From NCBI GenBank assembly GCA_011364925.1, contig RDOA01000029.1, positions 25,379 through 41,477 of the forward strand: a stretch of 16,099 bases of DNA, written 5' to 3'. Under the pieces are notes generated by a model, which saw only the letters and a list, made by a program, of their open reading frames with translations, made no database searches and had not been told where the DNA came from. This document shows, piece after piece, positions 13,452 to 16,099 of the stretch. The translations under genes and the position numbers were made by a program. Origin of the DNA: Promethearchaeota archaeon (GTDB taxonomy: Archaea > Asgardarchaeota > Lokiarchaeia > Sigyniarchaeales > SOKP01). Positions within the stretch are counted from its first letter, which is position 1. Every line of letters begins with the position of its first letter.

Positions 13452-16099
13452 TTAGGTGCTTCCTCCGTTTTTTACTTTTTCTAATAGATACGAATCGATC
13501 ATCGCACCGATTTGATCAAAATCGTAGTGCTTGACTGCAATTGCACCTACAGGACATTGGGCCGCACAAGTACCGCAACCTTTGCATAAAGCCGAATTTA
13601 CTGACGATTTCTTTACTATTATCGACACATCCTCAAAATCTTTCGTAGTTTCTATGAGCTGAATTGCTTTGTATGGGCAAACTTCCTCGCAATCTCCACA
13701 ACCAATACATTTACTCTGATTTACTTCTGCAACCAAACCCGAGGTTGTTATTTCTCCAGCGCTTAAAAATCTACTTGCCCGACCAGCAGCTCCATTTGCT
13801 TGTGATATGGAATCTTGGATGTTTTTAGGCCACTGAGCAACACCACACAGAAATACACCATCCGTGGCAAAGTCTAATGGTCTAAGTTTTACATGAGCCT
13901 CCAAAAAGAACCCAGTTCTGTCCAATGGAACCTTTAGCATCATTGCCAATTCTTTGAGATTGTCTGCCGGAATCATGGGAGTTGCTAAAACGATTAAATC
14001 CGTCTCATAGTTCAATTTTTCCTGTAAATTAGTGTCGAAAACTTCTACTTTATATTTTTCCGGTGATTTACCTACTCTAGTTACTTTCGGAATATGCTCT
14101 AGATCGTAGCGTAAAAACATAGCGTCTTTCCTACGATTACGATAATACTCTTCAAATTCTTTCTTAGCCATTTGAAAATCTCTATATACAACTACGATTT
14201 CTAAATTTGGGTTTAATTCTTTAAGGATATTTATATTTTTTATCGACGTACCACAGCAGACATTTGAACAATACGTTATTCCTTTTCCCTCTTTCTGTCT
14301 CGCTCCAGCGCACAAGATAAAAGTGACCCGCTTAATACCTTCTAACCAAGAATTATCTGATTCTTGTAATTTCTGCTCGACTTCGAGTTGCGTCATGACT
14401 CGTTGATTTTTACCGTCGTATTCAAACAATCCTTTTGGTTTTAGTTCTTGACCGCCCGTAGCGACGATAATTGCTCCAACTTTTACATTAATTTCTTTAT
14501 CTTTTGAGTCATGAAGAACAACCTCATAGTTTCCAATGTAACCTTTAATATCTTTGATGGTTGATTCAAGGTATACTTTAATATTGTTATTATCTTCAGC
14601 TTTATCTATTGTTTCGTTCAAAATTATTGAAGCGTCTTGTTGAATGGGGTAAAGAATATTAAGATTGTTTAAGTTTCCTCCAAGTTTGTTTTCTTTTTCG
14701 ATAAGATACGTACTAAATCCTTGATTAGCTAATTCTAAAGCTGCAGTCATTCCTGAAATTCCCCCTCCTATTATTAAAGCAGCAGGGGTAACTTCTATTT
14801 TTTCTTCATTTTGAGGTTTGATTAATTTAGATTTAGACACTGCCATCCGTATTAAATCCATAGATTTATTGGTCGCTGCTTCCTTTTCAGTCATGTGAAC
14901 CCACGAGCATTGGTCTCTTATGTTCACCATTTCAAATAAGTATTTATTTAATCCTGCTTCTTGACAGGTCTCTTGAAATAATGGTTCGTGAGTTCTTGGT
15001 GTACACGAGGCTACTATAAATCTATTTAGGTTATGTTCTTTGATTTTTTCCTTAATTAATCCTTGAGAATCGGAACTACAGGAATACAAATTGTCTTCGC
15101 ACCATACTACATTTGGTAACGATTTTATGTAGTCTCTGACACTTGGGACATCGACGTACTTACCAATATTAATTCCACAGTGACAGATAAGAACCCCTAT
15201 TCTAGGTTCGTCGGATATACTTACTATTTTCTCAGGCACATCGAACACTTTTTCCTTGACTTCCGTAAATCTGACAGATTTAAGCAGAGTTGCTACTTGA
15301 GACGCTACACCGCTTGCTCCAGCAACAGTCTCGGGAATATCCATTGGTCCTTGGCAAAAACCTGATAAGAATATCCCTTCTCTCGAAGAAAGCGATTTAT
15401 TAAAATAAGATTTTTCTTTAAAGAAATCATATTTATCCAGTTCCACACCGAGAATCTTAGCTAAATCTCTAATTCCATTTTTCGGAACTAAAGGCGTTGC
15501 TAATACCACAAGATTAGCCCGGAAATCGTTAAATTCCCCAGTTCGCAAATCCTCGTAATGGATAATTAAATCATTTGTTTCTGGATCCTCTTCGATTTTA
15601 CTTATTTTTGTTTGAAAGTATTTTACACCATATTCGTCCTGAGCTCGTTGGGTAAATTCGTAAAAATTCTTACCGTACGCTCGGATATCGTGCCTAAATA
15701 CGAAACATTTAGCATTTTCGGAGTGTTCTGAAGTGATGATAGCTTCTTTTGCCGTATACATACAGCAAACACTCGAACAATAGGGAACGTTTTCGTGTAA
15801 ATCTCTGGATCCCGCGCATTGAATAAAAGCGATATTTTCCGGTTCTTGTTCGTCGCTAAGCCTTAAGACGTGACCTCCAAAAGGGCCTGAGGCGCATAAA
15901 ATTCTTTCGTACTCTAACGCACTCACTACGTTTTGGAACCTGTAGCCCCATCTTGGAGACAGCTCGTCTGCTGGCATGTCAAAACCAGTTGCAACTACGA
16001 CAGCACCGACTTTTAATTTAATTTTTTGCGGTTTTTGTTCGTAGTTAATAGCTTTTGCTTCGCATACTTTTTCGCAGACTCCACAAACTCCTTTAGTTA
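13452..16099 (-). CDS. hdrA: Large heterodisulfide reductase subunit A-like flavoprotein with tandem HdrA modules; 5' end lies outside the window
   Basis: The frame stays open beyond the track's ATG 15977 to the window edge (TKGVCGVCEKVCEAKAI...VGAVVVATGFDMP). Module 1: IQCAGSRD, YCSSVCC, GFCQGPMDI. Module 2: ICHCGINI, ASCTPRTHE, NIRDQCSWVH, IIGGGISG, ILCAGAR, YCSNVCC, GVAQWPK. C-terminus has two CxxCxxCxxxCP motifs. Confidence 0.95.
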   Translation of the reverse strand, partial: TKGVCGVCEKVCEAKAINYEQKPQKIKLKVGAVVVATGFDMPADELSPRWGYRFQNVVSALEYERILCASGPFGGHVLRLSDEQEPENIAFIQCAGSRDLHENVPYCSSVCCMYTAKEAIITSEHSENAKCFVFRHDIRAYGKNFYEFTQRAQDEYGVKYFQTKISKIEEDPETNDLIIHYEDLRTGEFNDFRANLVVLATPLVPKNGIRDLAKILGVELDKYDFFKEKSYFNKSLSSREGIFLSGFCQGPMDIPETVAGASGVASQVATLLKSVRFTEVKEKVFDVPEKIVSISDEPRIGVLICHCGINIGKYVDVPSVRDYIKSLPNVVWCEDNLYSCSSDSQGLIKEKIKEHNLNRFIVASCTPRTHEPLFQETCQEAGLNKYLFEMVNIRDQCSWVHMTEKEAATNKSMDLIRMAVSKSKLIKPQNEEKIEVTPAALIIGGGISGMTAALELANQGFSTYLIEKENKLGGNLNNLNILYPIQQDASIILNETIDKAEDNNNIKVYLESTIKDIKGYIGNYEVVLHDSKDKEINVKVGAIIVATGGQELKPKGLFEYDGKNQRVMTQLEVEQKLQESDNSWLEGIKRVTFILCAGARQKEGKGITYCSNVCCGTSIKNINILKELNPNLEIVVVYRDFQMAKKEFEEYYRNRRKDAMFLRYDLEHIPKVTRVGKSPEKYKVEVFDTNLQEKLNYETDLIVLATPMIPADNLKELAMMLKVPLDRTGFFLEAHVKLRPLDFATDGVFLCGVAQWPKNIQDSISQANGAAGRASRFLSAGEITTSGLVAEVNQSKCIGCGDCEEVCPYKAIQLIETTKDFEDVSIIVKKSSVNSALCKGCGTCAAQCPVGAIAVKHYDFDQIGAMIDSYLLEKVKNGGST

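Noticed and set aside
15180-15365. 61-aa plus-strand ORF
   Set aside because: Antisense to hdrA, with no independent support.
13452-15977. ATG 15977 as the hdrA start
   Set aside because: The frame continues to the window edge with a ferredoxin motif and the VVATG motif, so this Met is internal.
12916-16099. Selenocysteine recoding or a SECIS element in hdrA/mvhD (known selenoprotein families in Lokiarchaeota and some methanogens)
   Set aside because: There is no in-frame TGA in the visible coding sequence and all ligands are Cys. No AUGA...GA stem-loop was seen in 12916-13011 on the minus strand. The unseen hdrA N-terminus cannot be judged.

Overview
AT-rich, densely coding window. It is probably archaeal, most likely Asgard/Lokiarchaeia-like. 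This is an inference from BRE-TATA-like promoters, U-tract terminators, a large HdrA plus MvhD pair and the overall gene mix. Left to right: a truncated AlaX editing enzyme (-, missed by the ORF track); a nucleoside-deoxyribosyltransferase/TIR-fold (NDT-like) protein, copy 1 (+); three minus-strand genes (stand-alone HD-domain protein, CxPxR sulfatase, FAD/NAD(P)H oxidoreductase); NDT-like copy 2 (+); a GPH-family MFS transporter; a membrane M28 peptidase; two unknown membrane proteins; a DHA1-like MFS transporter; and mvhD plus a tandem-module hdrA running off the right edge. The most notable observations are four. (i) The two collinear NDT/TIR-like paralogues have a conserved catalytic domain but patchwise-diverged C-terminal domains, and copy 1 is stop-overlapped with a GlnD-like HD hydrolase; this is a candidate undescribed nucleotide-metabolising or defence module. 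(ii) The oxidoreductase has no in-frame ATG/GTG/TTG upstream of its FAD-binding motif and appears to start at ATT behind a good Shine-Dalgarno. (iii) Three tandem inverted repeats lie upstream of NDT copy 1. (iv) A near-identical 17-18 nt motif opens both NDT upstream regions. No tRNA, rRNA, CRISPR array or transposase was recognised. All family calls come from motif recognition by eye, not database searches.
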